Source: Owenia fusiformis
Taxonomy: Eukaryota
Direction: 5' to 3'
Assembly: GCA_903813345.2 (NCBI GenBank)
Contig: CAIIXF020000001.1
Coordinates: 32,922,001 to 32,986,000, forward strand
DNA: 64,000 bases
The position numbers and the translations under genes were made by a program. Shown one piece after another: positions 25,412 to 38,858 of the stretch. The notes beneath the pieces are model-generated. The model saw only the letters and a list, made by a program, of their open reading frames with translations, was not told the DNA's origin and did not search any database. The number at the start of each line of letters is the position of its first letter. Position 1 is the stretch's first letter.

Positions 25412-25991
25412 CTGGAATATGAAAGTATCATTCAAGTTGTATAAATATATATTACAATTGAGCTATTTGAACTAGAAAACAGCAACTCCCCGGAGTAGTA
25501 AATGCCACCGCAAAAAACATGTTTTCATTAATAGTGGCCATCTTGAAAATATCTTCTTGAACAGAGTTCCTCTGTTCCTAAGGTTACCAAATCTGTCCAC
25601 TGGTATTTGGGTTATCAAAGATTATGTTTTATTACGAATAATGGCTACGAATAATGGTGGCCGTTTTGAAATTCATCTGCCATTTTGAAAATTCCTTCTC
25701 TTGCAGATCTATTGTATCCTTAGGCATCAGCATATAGAATTTGAACCCAAACCCTTCATTGTTGAGTTATCAAAGTTCAGTTGTTTTACAGAAAATAGTG
25801 GACATTTTGAAATTCAGTGACCATCTTGAAAATCTCTTATTGAGCTTCTTGGGATAAATATGAACAACCAATCATCCAACATTTTGCGTGATTCATTTTT
25901 AATACAGGAAAGCATTGGTAATAACGTAATAACTTTGGATATGCATTCTGACTCATGAATAAAATGAGTTAGTACATGTATGAATACTGAC

Positions 25992-26116
25992 CTAACATCA
26001 TTCCCACCATGAGCAAAAGATCCAAATATAGCGGTAAGAATCTGAAGGAAGCTGAAGAGTCTACCTGTCTCTGGGCGGTCAGTGATGAAATTTCGTCCTT
26101 TGTCACTACTCTGAGA
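25992..26116 (-). CDS. SLC20A: SLC20 exon ([41 protein letters not shown])
   Basis: TTTCAG/GTCAGT boundaries; HGGNDVSN PiT signature. Confidence 0.97.
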
Positions 26117-27466
26117 CTGAAATTATAGAGCTCAGTATGAGTAAAATATACATTACATCAATTCACTGGCATGTAGCGATCCTGATATCGATAAATTCTA
26201 CACGCAATAAGATTCTACGCGTGTGATTAAAACATTACCTGTTAGAGCTTCGATATCCGGGCACTTACTCTTACACTGAACTGAAAATTGAATCGTCTGC
26301 CTGGTATGTGTTGGCTTCCGTGTACGTTTATCAACATTTATACTCAACTGAATGAGCAGTCATGCTTATATCAAGAAATAGTTGGATTTAATTTCGTGTG
26401 GGTGCATTTGTAACACGATTTGTTGCTGATAGAGTGTCGTTAGAACAGCCATTAAATGTCAAGATAAGAACCTGATTTTATAGTATGGGCCTGATCTTTT
26501 TTCTGACATTACATTGTTCATTCGCCTTTATTCCGAGTTTACACATACATTTGCATTAGGCGGCCTTGCTCAATCAGTTTCTATACGTCCATTGCAGGCA
26601 AACAGCAGATATTCTAATATGGATATACATGTAGTGAATAAAAGAAATTCAAATGATAGATCATACATATGATATTGATGAAACATCAGTGACAATGGTT
26701 ATTTTCAATACTTGAATCGGGACTTGAATATAAATACCTGTAATTTCAAGCCGTAATAACAATGAATTTAAGCAGTCCTCAAGTGTGCAGTACCAATAAA
26801 TGAACTAATCTTGTTAAATCTGTGATTCTTTGCTTCATCCTAGGTTGAATATATTACACACTAAATATTCTCTGTGACTACATGTACACATCCTCCGATC
26901 ACAGGGCTTCAAAATCCAGAATATATTCTTTCTTTTTACCCCCTGCGATAAGCAGTTAGCATTTCCCCGATTAAGAACTCGCAATCTGATTGGCTGTCGC
27001 GACAGAAATCATGTATAAGTCATTGCGCATAATTAGATCACGTCATTCAGTTTAATCGGGCGCTTCAAAATTGGTTATAACAGGGGGGAAGAAGGAGGTA
27101 CGGATTCTGGATACCTGCTTAGGAGGATGCATGTACACAGTTTATATATGTTTTGAGTTGTAAGTACATGAAACTAGGACTTGAAACTGGTACATTATAT
27201 ATTCAACAAGATCGTCAACTATGCAAAATCATTGTTCGGTTAGAAATAATGATAATGAAAAACCAGAGCCTGATAATTGAAAAAATATGTTTCGGCTAGT
27301 CATTTGTTTGAATTAATATTGCTTGTTACGTGTTCATATGAAATAAACTAAGACCATTATGTCATCTATCATTGTTTTAATTTCTTTGACAATGCCAATT
27401 GAAAATATAATGCAATGGAAAGTCGCAACTAGATTTAACTTGAATTTAGGTTTTGTATTTTGAACT

Positions 27467-27870
27467 GTTGCTCTTTGTTTTCTACCTTATTTTTAATGAT
27501 ATTTTCACACTCAGTATCTAGGTTGAATACCCAGGTTAAAGCTACAGTACTGTATACAAAATATAGGTCGATCATGGTACTATTGTTCAGAACACATTTA
27601 ACAAGGTTCATTTCATCATATGATATATTACTTTTAGGGGTTATTTTATGATTTGTGTTTTCAGTATGTTGCCCTTTGTGTCCCACCTTTATGATATTTT
27701 AATATACCCTCTAGGTTGAATGCCTACTGTATATCAACTGAGGTGATCATGGTTCTATTGTTGAGAGCACATTTATTATTATAAGGGTCATTTTTTCAAA
27801 AGATATATTAGGTTTTTAGTTTTTTTTATGATATGTGTATTCAGTATGTTGCCCTTTGTGTTCTACCTTA
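27467..27870. repeat. Degenerate ~190-bp tandem repeat (2+ units)
   Basis: GTTGCYCTTTGT...TCTAGGTTGAAT...GATCATGGT recurs; a related reverse-complement motif recurs at ~8250-8610. Confidence 0.55.
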
Positions 27871-28364
27871 ACGATGTTCTGATATATCGATTGAGGAATG
27901 GTCAACATACTTAAAATGATCATGAATGAAGACTAATATACCCCTAAAATGATATTTAGAATGATTTCCGTAGTCAAACTTAAATGCACTGAATGACCTT
28001 AGTTTTAATCCAAATGACCTAAATTCATTTTTGATGTGTTCATAATTGATAAAAGTAACTATTTCCATATTATTTTAAATGAAACCTTTGGGGGCACCTT
28101 CAGGTACATAATGTAACGGATCCTTTTGAAATGCCTGTAATTTTTTCCCATTTATAAAATTTAACCATGATACTTTGCAAATTAATGTAACTTTGGATGA
28201 GCTTTAAAATGATATATGACACATACTACGGAGACATTGGTATATGTATGCCTAGGGGGGCCCCCATACTTTCAGGACACCCTGTATATAGTGAAATTAT
28301 TAATTATTATTATTTTCGAACGTGCCAATATGAAAGGTCATCTTTGGGAAATCTCCCCCTGGTA

Positions 28365-28855
28365 AAATACGTTAAAATGGCAGCCATTTTGAAAAATGGC
28401 CGCCTTCTACCACAAGTGTCATTAGACAGTGTGCCATGCTTATAGTATTCACATACCAAATATGAGCAAAATTGCTCTACTACTTTTTGAGTTACAGCAA
28501 AAATTGTAAAATAGCGAGTAAAGGTCGCCATTTTTCAAGATGGCTGCCATGTGCTTCTTTAATACCTACATTTCTAGCTTTATTAAAGTCCTTTATAATT
28601 TTTTTACATTTAAAACATATTGCTATTACAGTTTTACATATTGTACCTAAATTACTGTAAAATTGGCACTAAAATGGCCACTATTTTTAAATGAGCGGCC
28701 ATTTTGAAAATCGGCTTTCGAGCAGAACTTCTACCCCCCCTAAGGTATATGTGTACAAAATATGAACAAAAAGGGCAAACGGTATTTGAGTTATTGCCTG
28801 GACGGACGGACGTAGGCGTTCCCTATATCCATCCGAACATCGTTCGATGGGATAA
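28365..28855 (-). mobile_element. Partial HINE family B (satellite type a)
   Basis: Highly similar to 30420-30894 and 63520-63996. Confidence 0.75.
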
Positions 28856-29307
28856 CAAACACTATATTCATGAATCTGTATATGTCACAATGTAATATTT
28901 ACCATCTACTCTACCCTTAAATAAATTGATGGATATTAAGAGACATAAATTAGGGATTTATCAGAATATCCACTTATTTAACATTTGGGTGACCAAAAAT
29001 GGGGAAGCAGGCAATTTCTGCTAGAATATTCAACAAATCTGAAAGATTTATTTTTTCAAGAGACACGCCCGGTGATCGTGAATATGGGACGGAGGGGGGG
29101 GGAGCAGGCAATTTCTGCTACAGTTCATTCTATTGTGTTGCTACCTAAGTGGGGTTTAATTTTTAAGACAACTGGGTCCTTGAACTCTATTTTCAGGTCC
29201 ATGAACACTTAAGTGTACAGTGTATTTTTATAGTTAACATTTTCATCTATTTCACTTTTTAAATACTTTCATTTGTTATACAATCTACTCAGTATTGTCT
29301 CACCTGT

Positions 29308-29560
29308 CAAATCCCAATTTAAATCGGGAGAAATCCTGATTTTTATTGCTCATCCCAATTTTTTTTCAAAATCCCGATTTTTATCCCAATTTTAAGAAAA
29401 TAACCTGATTTTTTGTAAAATATCCCAATTAAAATATCCCGATTTTTTCCATAAAATATCCCGATTTTGTGTTAAAAACTCCCTGATTTGTTAACGATTT
29501 ATCAGCAAAAACTCCCGATTTTTAAATGACAACCTCTGATTTTCGATCAAAACTCAAATT
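29308..29560. repeat. Array of ATCCCGATTTT-like motifs, probably transposon subterminal repeats
   Basis: More than 10 degenerate copies at ~15-30-nt spacing. Confidence 0.6.
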
Positions 29561-30070
29561 TGTTTAATGATATGTCCTCGCAGAAAATGAAAGTATACAA
29601 TAGGTTTTGTGATAAAACATAATACAGTAGCTAACTACATATACAATATACACTTGGAAAGCTCTTGCATCTTTTAATTACTTGATTTTAAACCAGAAAT
29701 AAATTGAACGTTCTGGAACTGACAAATTCCGAACAATTGAAATGCATACAGGAGACAATACAATGAAAGTTGGAACGTGGTGAAAACAAATATGCAAATT
29801 AAAGCATTTTTGTGATAAAACAAAATAGCTAACAACACATCCAACATACCATTTGCTTATTTAATCTTCTGAAACTATTTGAAACCAGTTTAATTTGATT
29901 GATCGTTCTGGGACTGAGATATTCAATACAACACACTGAACATATAGATACATTTTTATTGACAGTGTTCTTTGACTTCATGTAACACAAACATGTATCC
30001 ATGCGATTTTAATCTGGTTTGCTTCATCAGAAAAATAATTGATTGTGTGAGGACTAGATGTAGATAACAT

Positions 30071-30894
30071 AACCAGAACAACGGCAACGCCAAAGCGTAG
30101 CGAATCCCATCGAACAGCCATGGCTGGCATTTTTACAAACAAAGTATATAGCAAAAATGGCAGCCGTTTTTCAAAATGGCCACCTTCTACCAAAAGTATC
30201 AATAGACAGTGTGCCATGCTTATAGTATTCACATACCAAATATGAACAAAATCACTCCCCTACTTTTCGAGTTAAAGTAAAATATGTTAAAATGGTGGCC
30301 ATTTTTCAAAATGGCCACCTTCTACCAAAAGTGTCATTAGACAGTGTGCCATGCTTATAATATTCACATACCAAATATGAACAAAATCGCTCCACTACTT
30401 TTCAAGTTATAGTGAAATAAGTTAAAATGGCCGCCATTTTTCAAAATGTCCACCATTTTTCAAAATGGCCCGCCTTCTACCAAAAGTGTCATTAGACAGT
30501 GTGCCATGCTTATAGTATTCACATACCAAATATGAAAAAATCGCTCCACTACTTTTCGAGTTACAGCAAAAATTGTAAAATAACGAGTAAAGGCCGCCAT
30601 TTTTCAAGATGGCTGCCATGTGCTTTTTTAATATCTACATTTCTAGCTTTATTAATGTCCTACATAATTTTTTTACATTTAAAACATATTGCTATTACAG
30701 TTTTACATATTGCACCTATATTACTGTAAAATCGGCACTAAAATTGCCGCCATTTTTAAATGAGCGGCCATTTTGAAAATCGGCTTTCGAGCAGAACTTC
30801 TTCCCTCATAGGGTATATGTGTACAAAATATGAACAAAATCTCGCTTATGGTATTTGAGTTATTGCCCGGACAGACAGAGGTACGATGGGATAA
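30071..30894 (-). mobile_element. HINE family B (satellite type a)
   Basis: Stem-loop GCAACGC-CAAA-GCGTAGC, subTIRs ATCCCATCG / CGATGGGAT, three tandem units. Confidence 0.8.
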
Positions 30895-31136
30895 TAATTA
30901 TTTCTGATATTTAACTATTGCAAGTAATATGCTGTGAGGTCTAAATGGATACGGAAAACCTTACCTGACAGGTATGTTTTGTTAACTTCTTAAAAACATT
31001 TCTATATGTGTATATATTTTTTTTTTAAATGCGGATGGACTGAACATTGTTCATTTGGGATGAGGCATACTTGCAAAGATCAAATTGTGTATCTGGGCAC
31101 ACAAATGATGGAGGGCTTCACTGATTTGCTTATTAA

Positions 31137-32454
31137 CCCTAGACGTGCGCTGAGCGAGTTTACTCGCTTTGACGTCACATTCCTGATAGACGATGGGCGA
31201 GTTTACTCGCTTGATAATGTTGAAAGTGTTTGCAAAAAGTCAGAAGTCTACCTTAAAGGAATATTCCTTGCGAGACCCTTTCTCTCTTGATATGGTAGCT
31301 ATAATCATATATATAGTTTCCATAATTAGCAAAACATGGGAAAATGTTTTAATATGGTCAATATTGATCATTTAAATATCTAGTGCTTATTTCCAGTGAG
31401 CTGCCATCTTTTAAGATTTCTTGCAGGAAGAGATGTCATCAACTCTCAACTTCTATTACCTCGCCCATAACAGTATAGGAAGGTAGCACAAAATCACTTC
31501 TAGACAAGTGATCATTACTTTCTGTGCAAAAATATTTTCAGGGCTTGTCAACTTAGAATAAAAGAAGAGATTTTCAGAAGGATTAAATAAGATACAAAGT
31601 TGAAAAAGAATATTTAGCTGGTTTTGTAATTCTTAATAGCTCCTCACCTAATGCTATATGCAAAGTTGAGAGTCGATGACATCACTTCCTGTGTGAAATT
31701 TTAAAAGATGGCAGCTTACTGGAATTGAGCATCACATTTCTAAGTGATCAAATTTGACCATATCAAAACATTTTTGCGTGTTTTGCTAAACACGGCAAGC
31801 ATATATATGGTTATAGCTACCATATGAGGAGAGAGATGGTTTGGCAAGGAATATTCCTTTAAATAATTTGCTGCTATTCTTCTCAAAATGTGATGTTTTT
31901 GATAGGTGATGGTGTTGTTAACATTCAAACATCATATTTTTACAAAATAAGTTAAATAGACACAATTATTAATGAAACAAAAATATTTTTATACTTTTTA
32001 TTTCAAAAATATTGACCGGAATTTCGAAACCGGAAGTGACCGGGAGTGAACATTTGGATATAAACAATTGGATTAAATCGAAGAATACTCATCAAATATG
32101 AGAAAATCGATCACAATGTATTATCAGGTGATGATATTAGAGGTAAATCTATCATTTTAATTTGTTAAAACTGAAGGAAATATCATTGATATGTGGGTAA
32201 ATGGTGATTAGAATTTTTTGAAAATTTTCAGACAAAGTCAATGTATAGGGTAAGATGACCCATTCATAACTCTTAATGCATTTTCATGGCATTTTTACTA
32301 ACTTAGCTACCATATTTCATCCATATGATACATGCATATGCATCATACTTCTGGTATGATCAGGTTCTTTATGCATGTCTGAAAAAAGGAATCAATCCCC
32401 AAACAAGTCAGTCTCCACGGAATGCACGTCCAAAACAAATCAGCGCTCTAAGGG
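31137..32454. mobile_element. piggyBac-like non-autonomous element
   Basis: TTAA|CCCTAGACGTGCGCTGA...TCAGCGCTCTAAGGG|TCAA; subterminal GCGAGTTTACTCGC occurs twice. Confidence 0.6.
31257..31858. mobile_element. Kolobok-like palindromic MITE with TTAA TSD
   Basis: TTAA|AGGAATATTCCTTGC...GCAAGGAATATTCCT|TTAA; the arms pair for ~200 bp. Confidence 0.8.
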
Positions 32455-32495
32455 TCAAGATAAATATCCAAACAAAAGCAAACAGAAAATCTCAC

Positions 32496-32593
32496 CTCTA
32501 AGTCAGCAGAATCCTTGCTATTGTCGAGTAAAGGCTTGGTACTGAGAGGGGTAGCATAGCCACTAGGGGGGCAGCTGACATTGGGGGACACCT
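32496..32593 (-). CDS. SLC20A: SLC20 intracellular-loop exon (VSPNVSCPPSGYATPLSTKPLLDNSKDSADLE)
   Basis: TTTTAG/GTGAG boundaries, 98 nt, phase 1-0, open and compatible with both neighbours. Confidence 0.75.
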
Positions 32594-33135
32594 CTAAAAT
32601 AGACAATAAAAAGATAAGTATTTGCATTCAAGCATCATGGCATTTTTGGAATGGCAGATCAAGCATCCTTGGTAGTGATCATATACTTGCTTTATACATG
32701 TATATTAGATCATATATATAAATTGGTCATATGTAACAATAAAACAAGCAGCCTTTCCAGAAATGACAAGATACATTTAGTTTTATTTATATTTTGTAGT
32801 CAATCTGCAATTGAAAAGCGTTAAAAATAAATAGACAACATACAATAAAAATAAATGAAGCTGCTAACAGAACACTGGAACAGAATTGACAGTTATTTCG
32901 AGCAGGATCCTATCTGGTCTGTTTATTTTAACTGCCCTAACTACACGGGCCTCATCTCTTCACAATCTATAAAGTAATGGATATGTGGAAAATTAATAGC
33001 ACTTTCTCTACTAAATGTTAATAAGAAAAAAATATTCACACTAAAATCACACAAAAATCCCCAGTTATAACTGTCCATCCAATATAGAGGAGAGACAGCC
33101 AGATCAGGATTTTTTGTACATGAACCATGTCTTAC

Positions 33136-33205
33136 CTTTTGACTCTACCTCTAAAGTTTTTCTTGGGGTTAATTCTAAAGGACCAGCACCTGGTGATACA
33201 CCTCC
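33136..33205 (-). CDS. SLC20A: SLC20 loop exon (GGVSPGAGPLELTPRKTLEVESK)
   Basis: TTTTTACAG/GTAAG boundaries, 70 nt, phase 0-1. Confidence 0.75.
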
Positions 33206-33961
33206 CTGTAAAAAAGCAGCATGGGTTAAATACACAGGGAGGGGGAAAATAATGCTGGATCAATGCCCAATTCATAATTTTGGCAAATGTTTTTCAGAAT
33301 TGGTTGTGAAGTAAAGAGTTTTTTGTCATTCTAAAGCTGGGCTTTAGGATCCAACATTGGTTTGGGCCGATTTTTAAGTTAAAATTACACTTTTTAAATA
33401 CTTTTAAAACTATAATAATTCTACTAACATAACAATAATATAATGCTGAAAATCAATAATAATTAATATAAATCCATAATACATGACAAGTTTATATCTG
33501 TAATATGAAGAGAAATGAGTAGTTCTGTAAATCATATATGGTTAGGGTTACTTCTCATGCAGAAAAACCTTTCATAACATTGTTTATATTTTATGAAACA
33601 TTTCTCACAAAAAAGTATCACCAATAAAGTGTTGTAAACATAATTTAATCTGGATGGTGATAAGGTCAACTGAGTACAAATCAACATTAAAAAAACTAAT
33701 GTAAACAAGTTACATACAAATTTCCTCTTAACATTATCAAAACTATGATATCAAACGAACACAGAGAAAACATGCTTTACTGAAGAAATCACATACAAAA
33801 ATGCAATTTTGTAATGAAAAAACATGGTCATTGCATATCCTACTTGTGCATATTAATCATTATAATTTGCATGATTTTAAAATGTTCTGAATACTTGATC
33901 ACTAACAGATTTAAAGCATTTGAAGTGTTACAGTAAACTGATACATAATAAAATCTCTTAC

Positions 33962-34017
33962 CTTTTTCTGTGGAGAGATATCACCATTGCTGAAGTTCAC
34001 ATTCAAGTTCAGTCCAT
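33962..34017 (-). CDS. SLC20A: SLC20 loop exon (GLNLNVNFSNGDISPQKK)
   Basis: TTTCAG/GTAAG boundaries, 56 nt, phase 1-0. Confidence 0.75.
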
Positions 34018-35317
34018 CTGAAATTAAAGGTATATTCATAAGAATACAAAAATCAAAACTGATGTACAGTTTACTTTCTAATATCATTAAATATCAAAAT
34101 CTCCCATATTTATGTCACATTTCGTTCTGTTTTGAAATAAACATAAAATGCTCTTATTCTTCCAGCTCCTCATTTAAGACCAGGTAGTTTTATTTGGCAA
34201 TAAATTAGCCGACATTCTTATTGATGCAAGCAAGCTTTTTTTCCACTCCAATATACTGTATTTGTCATTAATTCGGCAAGTGTTTTAATTGGCGAATTTT
34301 GGCGACACTGTCTGACAAGTTTTTCAGATGAAAGGAAAACACTACTGACAAGGGTGCTATGGTTCATTAAATTATATTTTGACTTGAAGTTTGAATTAAA
34401 TTCTCAATTTTAAATTTCAGGATCTAAACTTAGGAGTCAAAAACTACTCCACGGAGTAGCAAATCCCAACGAACACTATATAAATCATGAATCTGTATAG
34501 TCATAATGTAATATTTACCATCTACTCTTCCCTTCAATAAAACTTTGAGATCATTGTAGTGTCATGTTACCATACTTTCAAGATAACTCGAGTAATGGCG
34601 AATTCCTGCTCTAGGCAGCCATTTTGAATTTTCTGAGGCACAAATCAGAAAAACAATACCGTAATTGTGATACCATCTACTCTGAAATTCTTTCAACTTG
34701 ATTATAATATAGCCATACTTTAAGAGATAAAAAATTATTGCGAAATCCCACATTAGGCAGCCATTTTGAATTTTACGAGGGCCGAATCAGAAAAACGATA
34801 CAATATTTGCAATCTACTCTAAATTGCCTTTCATTTGAGTATAATAAAGCTATACTTCAAAAAAGGACCCACGGTCCTGTGCTCACACAGTTTGGAACCT
34901 TCAGAGGAATGTATATCCTGACTTTCAAACAAAAATATTGATTTGGATTTGTAGTCTCAAACTTTGAGAAACTTAGATAGCACAGTTGTGTGACCTAGTT
35001 TGATGACCTTTGACCTTGAAAAGTTTACTTATTCAGAGCTCAGTAAGGTCTTTTATTTGTCTTTTTGGTTTATGTGGGTTTCTTAGGGAGTAGTTTTTAT
35101 TGTTACACATTTTTGTTTATTTTTTTCTAATTAGCTAAAAATAGAATAGTACATCTGATCAATACCATGGTGATTACTTTGGTTGCTTACCTTCATGTAC
35201 CACTAACAATAACTATCTTACCATTTCTTGATCTCACCTTAGTTGGGGGATAATTCATGGGTGGTAAATGGGGGAGGGATGGCGGGCGAGATTCACTCAA
35301 GTTATCTGTATTGTCAG

Positions 35318-35456
35318 CAGGGGTTTCATTCAGTTGTTTTCACAAAATTGCCTGTTGTAAACAGGGACTGTTCCATGTTAAAATTACAATTTCCAATTAA
35401 TTTTGCCTGTTGTTTTCATTTATTTAGCCTGTTGTGAAATTCTAGTGAAACCCCTG
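35318..35456. mobile_element. CAGGGG-ended MITE with 5-bp TSD GTCAG (hAT5-like)
   Basis: GTCAG|CAGGGGTTTCA...TGAAACCCCTG|GTCAG; internal GCCTGTTG occurs three times. Confidence 0.75.
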
Positions 35457-35703
35457 GTCAGTTAGGAAGAAACGCAAACTGAGAGACAGAACGAATTGGA
35501 AATGACACTGATTTCAAATAGATAACCATGAGCCTAATAATACAGGATGCTATCAAAAAGGCTAGAGATTTTATGAGAGAGAAACTGCTAGAAGCCTAAG
35601 AAACCCAACTCTAAAGGAAAATATTGTCGGACTAAACAATGCTCCCAAAATGTTATCGCTAAATAACCATATCTTAAAAGTAAACGCCAAAGCAAAGATT
35701 TAA

Positions 35704-37191
35704 CAAGAACACAAATGTGTACAAAATGTCCCCACCAAGTGGTGATCCCGTGAAATGGTTATCCTGAGAATGAGTAGACAAGACTTTACCAACACAATTT
35801 GAGGACGGAAAATCCAAAGTGGCCACCTTAAAATTTACCCAGAATGCCAAAAGTTTAGTCAGTTCTAGATTTTAATACTAAGAACCACCCCTGAAAATTT
35901 GAAATTGATCCGTCACACAGTTAACCAGAAAACATGTAAACAAGACTTTACAGACAAGATTTCAGGATGGAAAATCCAAAATGGCTGCCTTGACATTTAC
36001 CCAGAATGTCAAAAAACTAATCTGTTTGTAGATTTTCATACTAAGAATCATCCCTGAAAATATGAAATTGATCTACCAAACGGTTCACCTGAAAACGGGT
36101 AGACAAGACTTTACAGACAAGATTTTAGGACAGAAAATCCAAAATGGCTGCCTTAACATTTACGCAGAATGCAAAAAAAGTAATCAGATGTAGATTTTCA
36201 TACAAAGAATCATCCCTGAAAATTTGAAATTGATCTATCAAACCGTTCTCCTAAAAACGCGTAGACAAGACTTTACAGGCAAGATTTTAAGACGGAAAAT
36301 CCAAAATGGCTGCCTTGACATTTACCCAGAATGCAAAAAAACTAATCAGTTCTAGATTTTCATACTAAGAATCATTCCTGAAAATTTGAAATTGATCTAC
36401 GAAACGGTTCACCTGAAAACGAGTAGACAAGACTTTACAGACAAGATTTTAGGACGGAAAATCCAAAATGGCTGCCTTGACATTTACCCAGAATGCCAAA
36501 AAACTAATGAGATCTAGATTTTTATACTAAGAATCATCCCTGAAAATTTGAAATTGATCCACCAAACGGTTCACCTGAAAACGCGCAGACAAGACTTCAC
36601 AGACAAGATTTTAGGACCGAAAAATCCAAAATGGCCGACAATAAAAAAGTCCTTATGAGTTTTTGCTGATTTCTTTTTACAAAATTATCACATATAACTA
36701 CTGTTAACAATAAAGTAGGCTTTTACAGCAAAGTACATCTGAAATTATTTATAAAGCTACTAAATAGTTAAAGTATGAAAACTCAAAAACACCACTCAAT
36801 ATGATACAAAGTATTATCGCGCGCTAACTTTTCTTAAGACATTCAAAATGGCTGACATGACTGAGCTAGCAGGTCCAAAACCTAATCAGATCTAGAATGA
36901 AGTGAGCTGAACAAGATGTTAAAGTTTTAAAAGCAACTGTGAAGCAGTTTTTCTTAAAGTTTGCAGACAAGGATTTTAGCATTTGACTTCAAAATGGCCG
37001 ACAGGAAGTAGGTATCGAGTTAATTTTTTTTCATCCACATCTGTATGCACTCATAAGTTATCCCTGAAAATTTGAAGGTGATATCTGTAGCGGTTTTGGA
37101 GAAAACTGCCGGACGTACGGACAGACAGACGGACAGACAGACGGACGCGCCTAGGCCGACAATATGGCCCCACACTATGTGGTGGGGACAT
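35704..37191 (-). mobile_element. HINE family C, copy 1, with six ~162-bp repeat starts
   Basis: subTIRs ATGTCCCCACCA / TGGTGGGGACAT, ACACA-AA-TGTGT hairpin, (GACA/GACG)n; inserted in an A/T run. Confidence 0.85.
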
Positions 37192-37674
37192 AAAAAGAAT
37201 TCTTACATCTTCTACATTCAGATCTAATATAGAGAATATCAAAATGTAACAAGGCATTAACATGACAAAATATCACCAACAAGTTGCTCACAATATTAAG
37301 AGTTCAATCTTAAGTCAGATTTGAATTTCTGAGAACTAATAGATGAATTTGAAAAAAATTAGTCAATTTAAAGCAAGAAGAAAAAAGACCTTTTAAACCT
37401 TGAGAAGGTCACTGAAGGTCAAATCTATAGCCAGATTTGAACTTTTGAGAGCTTGTAGATAATTTTGAAAAAAAATTGGTCAATTTGAAGCAAGTTGAAA
37501 AACTGCAAAAATATAATCGGAAGTGAAACTATTTTCTTCATCTCTGATTTGGGAGATTGACATCATATGATTTAGATCGAAGCAAACAAAATTGAGGATT
37601 CATAAAACAAACACAAACACCTCTATAATGACATCAAAAAGTAGAATATTTCTCATCTGAGCTTTACAACTTAC

Positions 37675-37833
37675 TTTCATTTCTTGTTGAGTCAAAACTT
37701 CCATTTTGGATTTTTTCCATGTTCTCTTTCTCTTGCAGCTCCAACTCATGAGCAACCTCTGTGATTTTCTCAGGAAGCGAAAGCATTTTGGGATCGATTC
37801 CATCTGTGAGGGAGTTGCGCTTAGAGTTGGGGA
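37675..37833 (-). CDS. SLC20A: SLC20 loop exon (PNSKRNSLTDGIDPKMLSLPEKITEVAHELELQEKENMEKIQNGSFDSTRNE)
   Basis: CCTTTTCAG/GTAAG boundaries, 159 nt, phase 1-1, open frame. Confidence 0.75.
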
Positions 37834-38006
37834 CTGAAAAGGAGTGAAATTTGGGGGCTGACTTGTGTATGTGCAGCTACTGAAAGCCCTTGCATTATAT
37901 TATATGACTGGTTTCACAGTGAACATCATAACCCTTTATCACAAAGCTTATGCTTTAAATATGGGGATATCTTACACTCAATGAAACATGAAAAACTAAT
38001 ACTGAC

Positions 38007-38081
38007 CTGACTTTTGGAATGTATATTTGACTTTAGAGTCTTCAGATTTAGTGTCACCTGGTCCTTCATAAAGCACCTCTT
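38007..38081 (-). CDS. SLC20A: SLC20 loop exon (EVLYEGPGDTKSEDSKVKYTFQKS)
   Basis: TTTGTAG/GTCAGT boundaries, 75 nt, phase 1-1. Confidence 0.7.
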
Positions 38082-38106
38082 CTACAAAGTCCACAATCAT
38101 TGTTAA

Positions 38107-38477
38107 GGTAGTGATGGAAATAAAACTTTTTTGAAACATTGCTATACGTGCTCATGTTATTTTCTGGTACAAAATAAAGTATGTTCTTGCTTTTTTTCAG
38201 GAAAGTTTTATCACATTGCCTTCTTTAGTATATCTGGTAAGAGGCCAATGGCAATCAAGTGTTGAGAAACTTGGAGAAGAAATTTGGAAAATTAAAAGGC
38301 AGCCATTTTTCTTGAAATATCAGCATTTCCTGGATTTACCACTGACCTCTTACAAGATTTACTAAAAGAAGACATAAAATTATGGTTTCCTGAAAAAAGC
38401 AAGGAAATACACAGATCCCATCATACTTAATTTTGTAACTGAAAATAACATGTAAATGTTTTCGTTCCACCAGTACC
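38107..38477. mobile_element. Diverged copy of the Kolobok-like palindromic MITE at 3266-3669
   Basis: Shares CATGTTATTTTCTGGTAC, CTTGCTTTTTTCAGGAAA and their inverses; TTAA-GG start. Confidence 0.7.
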
Positions 38478-38858
38478 TTTTTATTTTTTTTCGTGAAGCC
38501 ACTCAGTAAAATTACGATTTCTCTGCAACCTGATAACCTGATGTCCAATCAAGATCATTCAAGTATCTATGTGTTCCTGACACGTTTGGGTGTCCGGGAA
38601 TAACAACGTCTACCCAAAGTTTGCACGCAAAATTGACGTAATCCATGACTGAAATCTGGAAGACAAAATTTGAGATTCATAAACAAAATTGCTTGTGAAA
38701 ACTATTTACAAAAGTGTTCCAGAGACTCTTTGGCTAAGGTTTTATTTGAAGATACATTGCCTTATTAAGCAGGGAGAGGGGCAAAGGGAACATGGAAGCA
38801 AATGCTATGTTGAAAATTTTCTATATTTCAGTTTGAACATGTTATTACATGTCATGTA

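Noticed and set aside
24424..26180. Short inverted match (TCACTGGCATGTAGCGAT) flanking two SLC20 exons
   Set aside because: Only ~18 bp and probably fragments of a dispersed repeat; insufficient evidence for an exon-capturing element.
37834..37879. Alternative upstream acceptor for the 159-nt SLC20 exon
   Set aside because: It adds 46 nt and shifts the frame.
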